DNA of 64,000 bases. Origin: a virus. Taxonomy: Duplodnaviria; Caudoviricetes. The stretch is from the IMG/VR virus record IMGVR_UViG_3300020048_000093, positions 13,745 to 77,744 of that record. One strand, written 5' to 3'. The notes under the pieces were generated by a model. That model saw only the letters and a list, made by a program, of their open reading frames with translations, was not told the DNA's origin and made no database searches. Position numbers and translations under genes: made by a program. Positions 28,501 to 36,830 of this stretch are shown piece by piece (position 1 is the first letter of the stretch; each line of letters begins with the position of its first letter).

Positions 28501-30482
28501 ATTCGCAGGATCATGTTCTCGGTATGCTCCACAAGGACGTTCGGGATTCCTATACGCAACGATACCAGAAGGAAATGGGCGAAGCGGGTGGAGAGCTTGC
28601 CAATCGGAATAACGGTAAATTTGCAGCCGGTTCATGGAAAGACAAGCTCAATGGTTATCTGGAAGAAAAAAAGAAAGCTGATGCCCAGCAGGTTGATATG
28701 TTCGCGGACCCAGAGGATATCAAACAAGATGACGGGACGGAAATAAAGTCTATCGGAAAGCGTGCCGAGACGCAGCTTGCATCGATGTTGCCGCAGCTTG
28801 CACAAAATCAACTTCGAGGTCAGCACTTTAAGGTCAATACCATGACTTCAAAGGGCGAGCGGCAGCGGGCGATTAAAATGCTGGAATCGGCAAAGCGTAT
28901 CAATCTGTCGTTCGGAACGGGAAAGGGAAAAACCATTATCTCAATCGGGGCTTTTACAGACCTGAAAGCGCAAGGCAAGGCTAAAAGGGCAATTTTCGCA
29001 GTTCCCTCTGTCGTCCAAAGCCAATTTGGCAATGAGGTCAATGTGTTCTGTGAACCGGGAAAATTCAAGGTTCAGTCAAATCCCTCGCTCTCTCGGGACG
29101 AACGGATTGAAGCCATGAAAGAAGGCAAGAATGATATGGTGGTTTTCACTCACCAGTCGCTGCGGGATGATCTGGTTCACCTTATGGCCAAAAACAACAA
29201 TAAAACCCCAGAAGCCATGAAAGAGCACTTCAATTCGCTTGGAGCAAAGGAGCGTAAGGAATTGCTCGGGGAAACGCTCAAAAAAGAAGGTATCAATTTT
29301 GATATGATGACTGTTGATGAGGCGCACTACACAACGAACCGGAAGGGAAAGGAAGACACCACCCTGTCGAACGTCCTGGATGCCCTTAATCAGAACGTAA
29401 CGTACTTCATGAACCAAACTGCTACTCCGGTCAAGAATGACGCGTCAGAGGCCTTTGACATGCTGCACAAGGTAGCTCCGGAAAAGTTTACTGACCGGAA
29501 TGAGTTTATAAAGCGGTATGGGGTCGATGCGAGCTTCTCGAAAAAATCTCTTCAACGGCTTATAAACAGGTACAATTATGCCAGTCAGACCGTAACCGGG
29601 ACAAAGCGAATCGACAACAAGGAAACCGTCAAAATGGTTGGTTCTCAGGCAGCCGAGTATGATAAAGTCGAAACTATGTTCAGAAGGGCAAGCAAGGCGG
29701 ATAGAGCAGGAACGGCCGACGTGGAAGCCATGAAATTTCTTTCTCCGAATTCCTTCAAGAATGTTCCCGAAGAGAAGCATGAAGAAATTGCCAAACGCCT
29801 GCAGCAAGCTTCTGGAACGATCAAGGAAGAGGCGTTGAACCGGGTAGTGAATCAATACGATTGGAAGAATAATGCAAAAGTCGCACGAACACTTGAGCTG
29901 GTAGAAGCAAAGAAGTACACCGAGGACAATGCGAAAACAGCAAGCAAGGCAGGAGGACAGAAGCCGGGAGTCATATTTGCCCACAATATCCAGACGGTCG
30001 AGAACCTGAGACAGGCCATGACCGAAAAGGGGATGCGGGTGGGAATTATTCAGGGGAGCATGAGCGGTCAAGAAAAGGAAAAGGTAAAAGTGGGATTCAA
30101 TCCTTCTGATCCAAAAGATCGTATTTTTGATGTGCTTCTCTGTTCCGACGCCGGGGCAACTGGTTTGAATCTGCAAAATGCCGGGTATCTTATGAATTTC
30201 GACCTTCCTCAAACATCCTGGGTGAAGCAGCAGCGCGAGGGTCGTATAGACCGCATGGGCCAGGCTCACTCTGAAATAGAATACCATGATATCGTGACTG
30301 ATACGGACCACGAAAAAAAGAAGTGGGAACGTATTCAACGGAAAAAGGCGCTGGGAGCAATATTCGAAGAGGATCCAGGCGTACTCGATGATACTGGTTT
30401 GGCCGCTACTATCGCCAATGTCAAAAAAGAACGGTACAATACCGGTACTGAACAAACACGCGATGAAAAGAGGGCGGCATGA
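25545..30482 (+). CDS. Large coiled-coil plus SNF2/DExH helicase protein (second helicase, no MTase motifs)
   Basis: SFGTGKGKT, DEAH (29316), TATP, GATGLNLQ, QREGRIDRMG; RBS aggag. Confidence 0.88.
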   Translation: MSFFMIEDYSYNDSDLANLRKSGALNLEVGGYTELSMREYFAMQKSLKVANEYIRMQKGIKIPAGGRWITVHPNGGDEKGTPLLIQETGEKGTAHVIAGAGGKLNGLKLNKIKSKEEYKEKSEQRNEEKKKKKLEDRLAEQETVSQMSSEKRKEYKEGKKAAKINAKETESNDKKARAEAEQEFVNHMAGVMGWEQEEIEEDFAERRKAIYQQLEDCDDKALEKKLGKELEHINKAEERAIKSQRSNFLSASKEAIKQIQRELLVDSEMRQQVEAGLGGSSGAEDVIRKENAGNSKGFQAEYRDNAEKKGGLDNKALETEKREAFEKRMTEIAQENPNLAAMISGGIKTNKAINDIKKDVYTKEETPITPISEVDKKTELLKNYLEMKKKLADIDKKNEPGVQINLEGTPEEAEDSVDGLVYGKGVSIDYAELLDNELEDEAEQIKTERQAAVHSSLLDTIDKNPGGSAKWIANGNYSGFSSIALAAMKTEGIDRDAVDILGVGASSKLVAMMARRSMTKEDYQDFSYGMQKYHEEVNESIAKDAVEKGKDLIARAESIKAEIDANPDDLAVAKELNESRLSYLDEANRVVGQALGSLESSAAMVLALKDGKDPESLEVNLGAVSNEDAIVKMHALGLEKGDFTINAAGENKVVTITGVDKLVKPVDAEELRIEQEVSAIKAGAMDEDGWLPAGLVERTSESYEDPGPDAQLPVGDVDNQSLGFDENGEVNAKGYHDTEEAAHRTLGEMPEGSMAYKPISDLTSSEQTDLRRYWENNIYKGSMSEATAGQDFAEGKGISRQAAWSKFLKGENGGSESATMAAIQNDLITNHSTEDMFGEKDLPPLARVTPGKYETYRANVTGARELFDAIAELNNPDTVIDAKEAKKESDKLEAALPKKLDELYSAQMKDHYLKFMSGHTEDEFKAGETRQERSPWGEYVRMHGDVGKAQEAVQDRIRGDFNDKFIKNYGRVTGKRLKTRSEKIRNSQDHVLGMLHKDVRDSYTQRYQKEMGEAGGELANRNNGKFAAGSWKDKLNGYLEEKKKADAQQVDMFADPEDIKQDDGTEIKSIGKRAETQLASMLPQLAQNQLRGQHFKVNTMTSKGERQRAIKMLESAKRINLSFGTGKGKTIISIGAFTDLKAQGKAKRAIFAVPSVVQSQFGNEVNVFCEPGKFKVQSNPSLSRDERIEAMKEGKNDMVVFTHQSLRDDLVHLMAKNNNKTPEAMKEHFNSLGAKERKELLGETLKKEGINFDMMTVDEAHYTTNRKGKEDTTLSNVLDALNQNVTYFMNQTATPVKNDASEAFDMLHKVAPEKFTDRNEFIKRYGVDASFSKKSLQRLINRYNYASQTVTGTKRIDNKETVKMVGSQAAEYDKVETMFRRASKADRAGTADVEAMKFLSPNSFKNVPEEKHEEIAKRLQQASGTIKEEALNRVVNQYDWKNNAKVARTLELVEAKKYTEDNAKTASKAGGQKPGVIFAHNIQTVENLRQAMTEKGMRVGIIQGSMSGQEKEKVKVGFNPSDPKDRIFDVLLCSDAGATGLNLQNAGYLMNFDLPQTSWVKQQREGRIDRMGQAHSEIEYHDIVTDTDHEKKKWERIQRKKALGAIFEEDPGVLDDTGLAATIANVKKERYNTGTEQTRDEKRAA

Positions 30483-30700
30483 CAGACCATACAACCAACC
30501 TTTGCACCCTGTTGGCAAAGATCGAGAAACGAAAAGATGAAACCGTATTGGCAGGACAGAAAATTGAACTTGCCATAAACCGGGCGCATAATGGTACGCA
30601 GGCCAATGTAGAGCGGTTGCGGCATAAGGCACAAGGCGGGGATCAAGCTGCCGAAACGGCCTATCTATCCCTGCTCCGTGCAAGAAAGCGAATCTCTTGA
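30479..30700 (+). CDS. Small helical hypothetical protein
   Basis: Coupled (atga) to the helicase stop. Confidence 0.6.
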   Translation: MTDHTTNLCTLLAKIEKRKDETVLAGQKIELAINRAHNGTQANVERLRHKAQGGDQAAETAYLSLLRARKRIS

Positions 30701-30726
30701 CATAACACAGGAATACCAACTACACT
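30697..30726 (+). promoter_or_regulatory. Putative promoter upstream of the capsid operon
   Basis: TTGACA, 18 bp, TACACT. Confidence 0.55.
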
Positions 30727-30772
30727 ATATGTACAGTTCGTTTATAGAAATACGTGACGCTAAATAATATTT

Positions 30773-30816
30773 GGGTCACATGCCCTTAATCGGGTGTGTG
30801 GCCCTTTTTCTTTTTT
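30773..30816 (+). terminator. Terminator-like hairpin just before the protease gene
   Basis: 13-bp stem (with G-U pairs) GGGTCACATGCCC/GGGTGTGTGGCCC, loop TTAATC, then TTTTTCTTTTTT. Confidence 0.75.
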
Positions 30817-30834
30817 CGGTTCAACAGGAGACGC

Positions 30835-32283
30835 ATGAAAGATATTGCACTTGACGACAGAATATACCTCGAACTTCGACTGTCTAAAGCCATAGAGACC
30901 GATGCCCATGGCAATTGGATTATAGAGGCCGAAGCATCGAATGAGAATCTTGACTTTGACGGACAGGTAGTTCTTCAGCGTGCATTATCAGGATCTAAGG
31001 ATTATTTTCTCGCCAATGGCGTTATTTCTTACGATCATCGACATCTGCGAGCAGACCCCGAAGACCCGAATTGGTCGCCTGAAAAATATATCATCGGCGA
31101 ACCGATTGGTGTCACTACGCGTGGCGGCAGTACATTCGTAAAAGCAAAGCTGTATAAGTCAAACGAAGTCGCTCGGGAAATTGTAAAGAAGCTGCAGGAT
31201 GGTTCTACCAGGATGAAAACGTCAGTCGGCGGTAAACGTCCTGAAGTTGTTTCGTCATGGGACCAGAAGCTCGGTCGGGCGGTCGAAAAGGTGGTCCGGG
31301 TGCTTTGGGACGAACTGGCAATAACCTTCAAGCCGGTCAATCAAACGCTCGAACCAGTGGCATTATCAAGCGCCGCGTTCGTAAAATCCCTTGAAGCCGG
31401 CTTTGGAACCGATTCGGCAACGATGACTGGCGGACGGGCAATGATTCCTTCTGATCTGAAGACCGACGAAAGCAAGAAGGACATTTATGCACTGGCCATG
31501 GGCCTTACCTACAAAGATGTTCAGGATGAAAAACAGGCGACACAATTTCTTATAAATCGAGGCTGCACGCCTGAAAAGGCCAAGGCGGTCATTCGATATG
31601 TAATTTCACAGAAAGATCCGATTAAGGAGGAAATTTCAATGGATGCAAATCTAATCAAGTCATTCGAAGAGTCAATTTTGACACTCGAAAAGAGCATGAA
31701 GAAACCCGCGAAGGGTGCTGTTGAACCTGATGGCGACGAAGACATGGGGAAGGGTTTTACCGAATTCCCGCCCAAAGACGCTATTGAAGGAAACGACGAA
31801 CCCGATCCCGACGAGGAACTGGATGAAGACGGAAACCCCATTCAGAAACCAGCCAAACGTGTTGAGAAATCGCTGTATAACGAGTTGAAGGACACCAGTT
31901 CCGACTTTCTCGATGTGACTCCGTTTCTCGATAACCTGGCGAAAAGTATTTCCCGCCGCATGAGCGCGATGGAAAAACAGGTAACTGAAATGGTCTCTTT
32001 CCAGAAATCCATGGGTGGTGCCCTTGTGGCTACCGGGAATCTGGTAAAAAGTCTTGGTGATGGTCCGATGCCTCGTCAGGCAACCGTGAACAAGCAGGAA
32101 CGCTCGTTTACTGGATCTGATGGAAAAGTAACAACCATGACCAAATCGCAGATGCGGGATCAGGTACAGAAGGGTTTTGAAGCGGGTAAAATCTCGCTCC
32201 AGGATATGAGCAAAATGGAAGACAGAATCAACAAGGGAATCGCAATCAGCGAACCCGACATGATCTTCCTCAAGTCACTGTAA
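30835..32283 (+). CDS. Prohead protease fused to scaffold-like C-terminal region
   Basis: AEASNENLDFDGQ, NGVISYDH, IIGEP, SVGG, ELAITFKPVN; RBS caggag before 30835. Confidence 0.88.
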   Translation: MKDIALDDRIYLELRLSKAIETDAHGNWIIEAEASNENLDFDGQVVLQRALSGSKDYFLANGVISYDHRHLRADPEDPNWSPEKYIIGEPIGVTTRGGSTFVKAKLYKSNEVAREIVKKLQDGSTRMKTSVGGKRPEVVSSWDQKLGRAVEKVVRVLWDELAITFKPVNQTLEPVALSSAAFVKSLEAGFGTDSATMTGGRAMIPSDLKTDESKKDIYALAMGLTYKDVQDEKQATQFLINRGCTPEKAKAVIRYVISQKDPIKEEISMDANLIKSFEESILTLEKSMKKPAKGAVEPDGDEDMGKGFTEFPPKDAIEGNDEPDPDEELDEDGNPIQKPAKRVEKSLYNELKDTSSDFLDVTPFLDNLAKSISRRMSAMEKQVTEMVSFQKSMGGALVATGNLVKSLGDGPMPRQATVNKQERSFTGSDGKVTTMTKSQMRDQVQKGFEAGKISLQDMSKMEDRINKGIAISEPDMIFLKSL

Positions 32284-32296
32284 GGAGGGAAAACAT

Positions 32297-33712
32297 ATGG
32301 ATTTCCTACAACCGTCAAGCACGGGCGAAACAATGTTTGGCTCCGTTTCCGAAGGCGAGCTTCAGAAAGCTCTCTCTGCGGGATACGAAACCAACTCGGC
32401 TTCCATGACCGGGGGCCGTGCCCTCATTCCGGAAGATATTGAAATGAGCATGGTAAACGCCATGGCTGCCAAGAAAGAGGACTTCAAACTCACCAACCTC
32501 TTGAAGACCCAGAAAGTAAATTCGACCGTGCACGAATATACTCGGCGTAACGACGCAGGCGATCATGGAAACATTTTCGTCAGCGAAGGTGGATCCGCTG
32601 GTGCCGGAAGCCAGACGCTCGAACGCGTTACCCGCCCTATGAAATACATGCAGAACTACCGGGAAGTTACCTTGCAGATGCAGGTGGCACGGACACTCGA
32701 AGATGCAATGGCATCCGAAAAGCTTGCCGGAACACTTACCATCCTGAAGGGTCTCGAACAGGGAATGTTCCATGCGGATAGCGCGATTGTACCCGTACAG
32801 TTCGATTCGGTTCTCAAGCAGGTTAAATCAAACACTGCGAGACGCAACCTCATCGATCTTCGCGGTAAGAAGATGACAGATACGGCCGGCGAAGACTCGA
32901 TTACGGAAATTGCACGCCAGGTATTTGAGAACGGCGGAAGCCTCTCTCATACCTTCATGCCCTCCATGATCGCCCAGGACTTCCAGCTGCTTGCCAGGAA
33001 CCGCCTCCGCTTCGGTGCCGAAGACACCAAGGCAGCGATGGTAGCGATGGAATATCCGACAACCTTCTCCAGTCCCATAAAGATTGCGGGTAAAGATGCC
33101 GGTGCTGATAAAATGTTCCGCGTGAAGGGCGTTATTACCGCTTCCGGAGACGTCACGCTCAGGCCTGATGCACCTACGTTTGCAAAAGCCGCACAGGCAT
33201 TAACCGCTTCCCAGGGCCGAGGCTTTGATGCAACCACCGCAGGAACGTATTACTACACGGTTTTTGCCATTAACGAATTCGGTATTTCTGCCGGAGCAAC
33301 AGCAACCTCCCAGGCAGTAACCACGGGCCAGGAAGTTCAGCTTACCATTACCCCTGGAGCGAAGAGAGGAACCGGATATATTATCTGCCGCTCGAAAGTA
33401 GGGGCATCAGATGGTACCGATTGCCGCGAGATGGTTCGTTGTGCGGATTCCGGTTCGGCTACTACCGTTTACAAAGACCAGAACGAAGACCTCCCCGGAA
33501 CAGGCGAGATTCTGTACCTGTCCTACGATGCCGTTGAAATGACAGCACAGTTCGACCAGTTCTTGCCGCTGATGAAGTTCGATCTCTTCCCGACGCGGGC
33601 AGCGGTCACTCCGTTCCTCATCGTTCTGTTCGGTACTCCCGATATCAAAGTGCCCTGGTATCATGGTGTCGTGAAGAACGTCGGCTACACGAGCGACGGC
33701 TTCTTTAACTAA
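32297..33712 (+). CDS. Major capsid protein
   Basis: Strong RBS aaggagg; KALSAGY...GGRAL, STVHEY, LEQGMFHAD, FDSVLKQV resemble SPO1/K-type capsids. Confidence 0.92.
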   Translation: MDFLQPSSTGETMFGSVSEGELQKALSAGYETNSASMTGGRALIPEDIEMSMVNAMAAKKEDFKLTNLLKTQKVNSTVHEYTRRNDAGDHGNIFVSEGGSAGAGSQTLERVTRPMKYMQNYREVTLQMQVARTLEDAMASEKLAGTLTILKGLEQGMFHADSAIVPVQFDSVLKQVKSNTARRNLIDLRGKKMTDTAGEDSITEIARQVFENGGSLSHTFMPSMIAQDFQLLARNRLRFGAEDTKAAMVAMEYPTTFSSPIKIAGKDAGADKMFRVKGVITASGDVTLRPDAPTFAKAAQALTASQGRGFDATTAGTYYYTVFAINEFGISAGATATSQAVTTGQEVQLTITPGAKRGTGYIICRSKVGASDGTDCREMVRCADSGSATTVYKDQNEDLPGTGEILYLSYDAVEMTAQFDQFLPLMKFDLFPTRAAVTPFLIVLFGTPDIKVPWYHGVVKNVGYTSDGFFN

Positions 33713-33718
33713 GCTGAT

Positions 33719-33746
33719 GGCCCGGCGAGAAATTGCCGGGCTTTTA
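33719..33746 (+). terminator. Terminator after the major capsid gene
   Basis: GCCCGGC/GCCGGGC stem followed by TTTTA. Confidence 0.65.
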
Positions 33747-33765
33747 TGCAAACAGGAGATTTCGA

Positions 33766-33960
33766 ATGGGAACGCTTAATGATACTATGTGCCGGGCATG
33801 TCCCGCACTCAAAGACCTTGCAGAACGACTTGCTCTGATGACCACGCTGGTCAATGAACTGCGGGCAGATCACAATGCACACTGCGCGATGGGATCGGGA
33901 ACACATACCGCTGCCGACGCTACCAATGTTGTAACCAGCCCCGCCATGGCTGTTCTGTAA
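33766..33960 (+). CDS. Small head-associated/decoration-like protein
   Basis: RBS caggag; LVNELRADHNAH coiled-coil; follows the MCP gene. Confidence 0.65.
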   Translation: MGTLNDTMCRACPALKDLAERLALMTTLVNELRADHNAHCAMGSGTHTAADATNVVTSPAMAVL

Positions 33961-33970
33961 AGGTACATAC

Positions 33971-35083
33971 ATGATAAACGCCGTTGTAAACAATCATGAC
34001 ATTTTGCTAACTCTGACTGACGCTTCGACCTTACCCGGATTTTTAGGGTATCGACTGGAACGTAAAACAGAAACCGGTGCATGGTTTGTCTGGAACGGCG
34101 TTTTTTTTGCCTCAAGCGGGTATGCTCCTCTGCCGGGAATTCGCTTTTCCGATTACGATATGGCAGATGGTCTTTATCAGTACCGATACGCCATAGACAC
34201 GGGCGTTTTATCCGAATATCAGTATTCCGACTGGGTGAATATCAATGCCGGCCGTGTTGGATGGTCTTTTGAAAACTATACTCCGCCAGAAGGTCTTTTT
34301 GGCGAGGTTTTGACCGCCGACGACCTCCGATATACCTATCTTTGGGGCATCGACTTCCGTGCTTCAAATGGTGATATTTTCACCGATGCACAAGTAAGAA
34401 CGAAAATAAACTCGGCAATTGATGAAATTGCACGGGCATTAAAGATAACAATCAAGAAAACACGAGTACACTGTCAGCCAGGTGCGGAACTAGTTGAGGG
34501 AATCGACTATGACGAGGCAGAAGATCCTTACGCATATAGACATGATAAGTGGCGACGCTCTGGGCGTATTGCCTTGCGAAAACGGCCTATTATTTCAATA
34601 TCTCGCTTTGATCTATACAGCATATCAGACCAGAAAATCCTTGATCTTATGACCTGGATAAGTGCGGATCACCGAAAGGGAATTATTAACTTTTTCCCGA
34701 AAGCAGGGGCCGATGGACAGTTTCGGATTGCTCCGGCTTCTATGTCGATGGGGATATCACTGATAGGAGGTGATTATCCGCATGGGTACAAGATCGATTA
34801 CGTCGCTGGATATGAAAACGCGAGCAAGGTTCCTTCAGACTTGCGTGATGTGATAGGTAAAGCTGCGGCATGTAAGTTGCTGAATATAATTGGAGATGGA
34901 TTGATAGCCGGTTTTTCATCATCTTCATTATCAATGGATGGAGTTTCGGAAAGTTTTTCTTCTACACAATCGGCAACCAATGCGTATTTCGGCGCACGTA
35001 TCCAGGTATATCTAAAGGATATTGAGTCTTATTTAAAGGAAAATCGGACAAAATTCGGCTCTTTCGTAATAGGAAGCATATAA
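33971..35083 (+). CDS. Head-tail adaptor (neck) protein with N-terminal Fn3-like domain
   Basis: LWGID, IDYVAGY, VPSDLRDVIGKAAA, SLSMDGVSESFSST motifs. Confidence 0.8.
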   Translation: MINAVVNNHDILLTLTDASTLPGFLGYRLERKTETGAWFVWNGVFFASSGYAPLPGIRFSDYDMADGLYQYRYAIDTGVLSEYQYSDWVNINAGRVGWSFENYTPPEGLFGEVLTADDLRYTYLWGIDFRASNGDIFTDAQVRTKINSAIDEIARALKITIKKTRVHCQPGAELVEGIDYDEAEDPYAYRHDKWRRSGRIALRKRPIISISRFDLYSISDQKILDLMTWISADHRKGIINFFPKAGADGQFRIAPASMSMGISLIGGDYPHGYKIDYVAGYENASKVPSDLRDVIGKAAACKLLNIIGDGLIAGFSSSSLSMDGVSESFSSTQSATNAYFGARIQVYLKDIESYLKENRTKFGSFVIGSI

Positions 35084-35688
35084 TGTCCGGAACCACAGTA
35101 GAGCTTATCAAGGCCAAAGACTACAGCAAGCTTGTACCTGAAAAAATCACCAGGGCCGATGGGTCCATCGCAACATACTGGGTATCGCCCGAGGATCGGA
35201 ACGAAGGAAAACTGAAGGGTCAGCAGAATTTATTTGACGACGCACCAAAGACCGGTGGCCGTGGTTATTTCGATGAGCTCGACAAGGGCGCTGAAGACCT
35301 TCAGATAAAACCTTTGGTAAATAAAGTTGCCGCGTATGACCCTGAGCTCGCAAAGCGACTGGAAGCAAAATATAAAAACTATCATTTTGACCGGGACACG
35401 AAAGAAAAGGACATAGAAATAGACTTTCAGACGGCATGGTGCCTGAAGCGTATGGCGGATCGTCCGGGGGAAGCTAAGGACTTTCAGGCAGAGTATCATG
35501 AGAAGACGGACAAGATGGTATCCATGTTGAACAACCGGAAAAACGCCATGCTGAAGATCAAGAAGGGGTCATCCGTGAGAGTTGGGCACGAAAATGGGAT
35601 AATAGACGGATTTTCCAAACGAGGCTTCCCTATGGTACGCGTAGGGGCAATATCACGTCCTTTATTCCATGAGGAACTTACGTTATGA
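35083..35688 (+). CDS. Putative packaged protein with the shared N-terminal motif, embedded in neck genes
   Basis: LIKAKDYSKLVPEKITRADGSIATYWVSP, then QQNLF. Confidence 0.75.
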   Translation: MSGTTVELIKAKDYSKLVPEKITRADGSIATYWVSPEDRNEGKLKGQQNLFDDAPKTGGRGYFDELDKGAEDLQIKPLVNKVAAYDPELAKRLEAKYKNYHFDRDTKEKDIEIDFQTAWCLKRMADRPGEAKDFQAEYHEKTDKMVSMLNNRKNAMLKIKKGSSVRVGHENGIIDGFSKRGFPMVRVGAISRPLFHEELTL

Positions 35689-36830
35689 GCAAAGGCCAAG
35701 GATTAGGGAAGAATTCACCGATAAATCTTAGTCTCGGAAAAGAAAACTACGAAGCACTTATTGAGCGTCATGGGCAATGGGTTCGGTGGCTTCAGGCAAT
35801 AAAATGCACCTGTACGACACTCAATAATCGCCCTGCTATCAATTGTGCGCTATGCGGGGGTGAAGGATACCAATATCGATTCCAGAAAACAATCGACGAG
35901 GTACTTTCCTTGTTCGTCACGGATGGTCTGATTGAATTACCTGCAAAGTTTAATGATGTCGTAATACATGATATCCGCGATTATATGGGATTGGAGTATA
36001 CTGAGACTGGGCGGTTTGGGCGGTTTGTACGGATATCCGGTCCGAGACAGCCGGGAAAAGGCGAGCGGATAGATTTATCCGTAACAAGATCGATAGTGAA
36101 AGCCTTTGAGACTCAATCGGTAAAATACAATGGACTCGGTTCGTTTATTGTTGATGGTCTTACCCTTGCCGGCGCAGAGGGCGTAGCGAATAACCGGGTC
36201 ACAAGCGCCGATATAGTATCGATAGGATCGCTTGAAAACGAAACTATCAGTGTAACATACCCTGTTTCGGCAACAAAACGCGCCATTGCATTTGCCGAAG
36301 TATTCGATGACCCGGAAGAAACCGACGTGTTGATTGCCAGGAACATCGAATATGTAGATCCTTTTTTCTTTGTAGTTACCGGACAGCAAGTGCATGAATC
36401 TGATGCGAAATTCCTAGAAAGCATCCAGGGCGATGCAAGCATGAGTTTTCCCGAATGTTATAAGGTTGGAGAAGGTGATGTCGTAACACTTTTGGCAGCC
36501 AACCAGGTAGGAAAAAAGTCAATTTCAAGAGGGACCGGGGATTACGATACCTTGCCTGAATTTTACGTAGAATCGATAACTCAAATCGAAGATGCCTCAC
36601 AGACGTATCTTTCGGGAACAGATTATGTCTTGTGGGGAACAAACAAAATTCGCTGGATTACCGACAACCGGCCGGCAGCAGGGACTAATTACTTTGTATT
36701 TTATGAATTCAATCCAACATATCGAGTAGTAAAAGACTATCCGAACGTTCGGTCAAGCGAAAACCAAAACCTGCCGCGTCGAGTGGCATTGAAGCTACTT
36801 TCAACCTTTGCGGACAGGAAGCTGATATGA
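35685..36830 (+). CDS. Head closure / neck protein
   Basis: IERHGQWVRW..AIKCTC...C.LC.G.G motif; Y...P.Y.V...P..R C-terminus. Confidence 0.75.
   Translation: MSKGQGLGKNSPINLSLGKENYEALIERHGQWVRWLQAIKCTCTTLNNRPAINCALCGGEGYQYRFQKTIDEVLSLFVTDGLIELPAKFNDVVIHDIRDYMGLEYTETGRFGRFVRISGPRQPGKGERIDLSVTRSIVKAFETQSVKYNGLGSFIVDGLTLAGAEGVANNRVTSADIVSIGSLENETISVTYPVSATKRAIAFAEVFDDPEETDVLIARNIEYVDPFFFVVTGQQVHESDAKFLESIQGDASMSFPECYKVGEGDVVTLLAANQVGKKSISRGTGDYDTLPEFYVESITQIEDASQTYLSGTDYVLWGTNKIRWITDNRPAAGTNYFVFYEFNPTYRVVKDYPNVRSSENQNLPRRVALKLLSTFADRKLI

Noticed and set aside
21383-30719. Long antisense ORFs (21383..22801, 23066..23680, 23623..24414, 29445..30719)
   Set aside because: They shadow well-supported plus-strand genes in GC-rich sequence and show no protein motifs or RBS.
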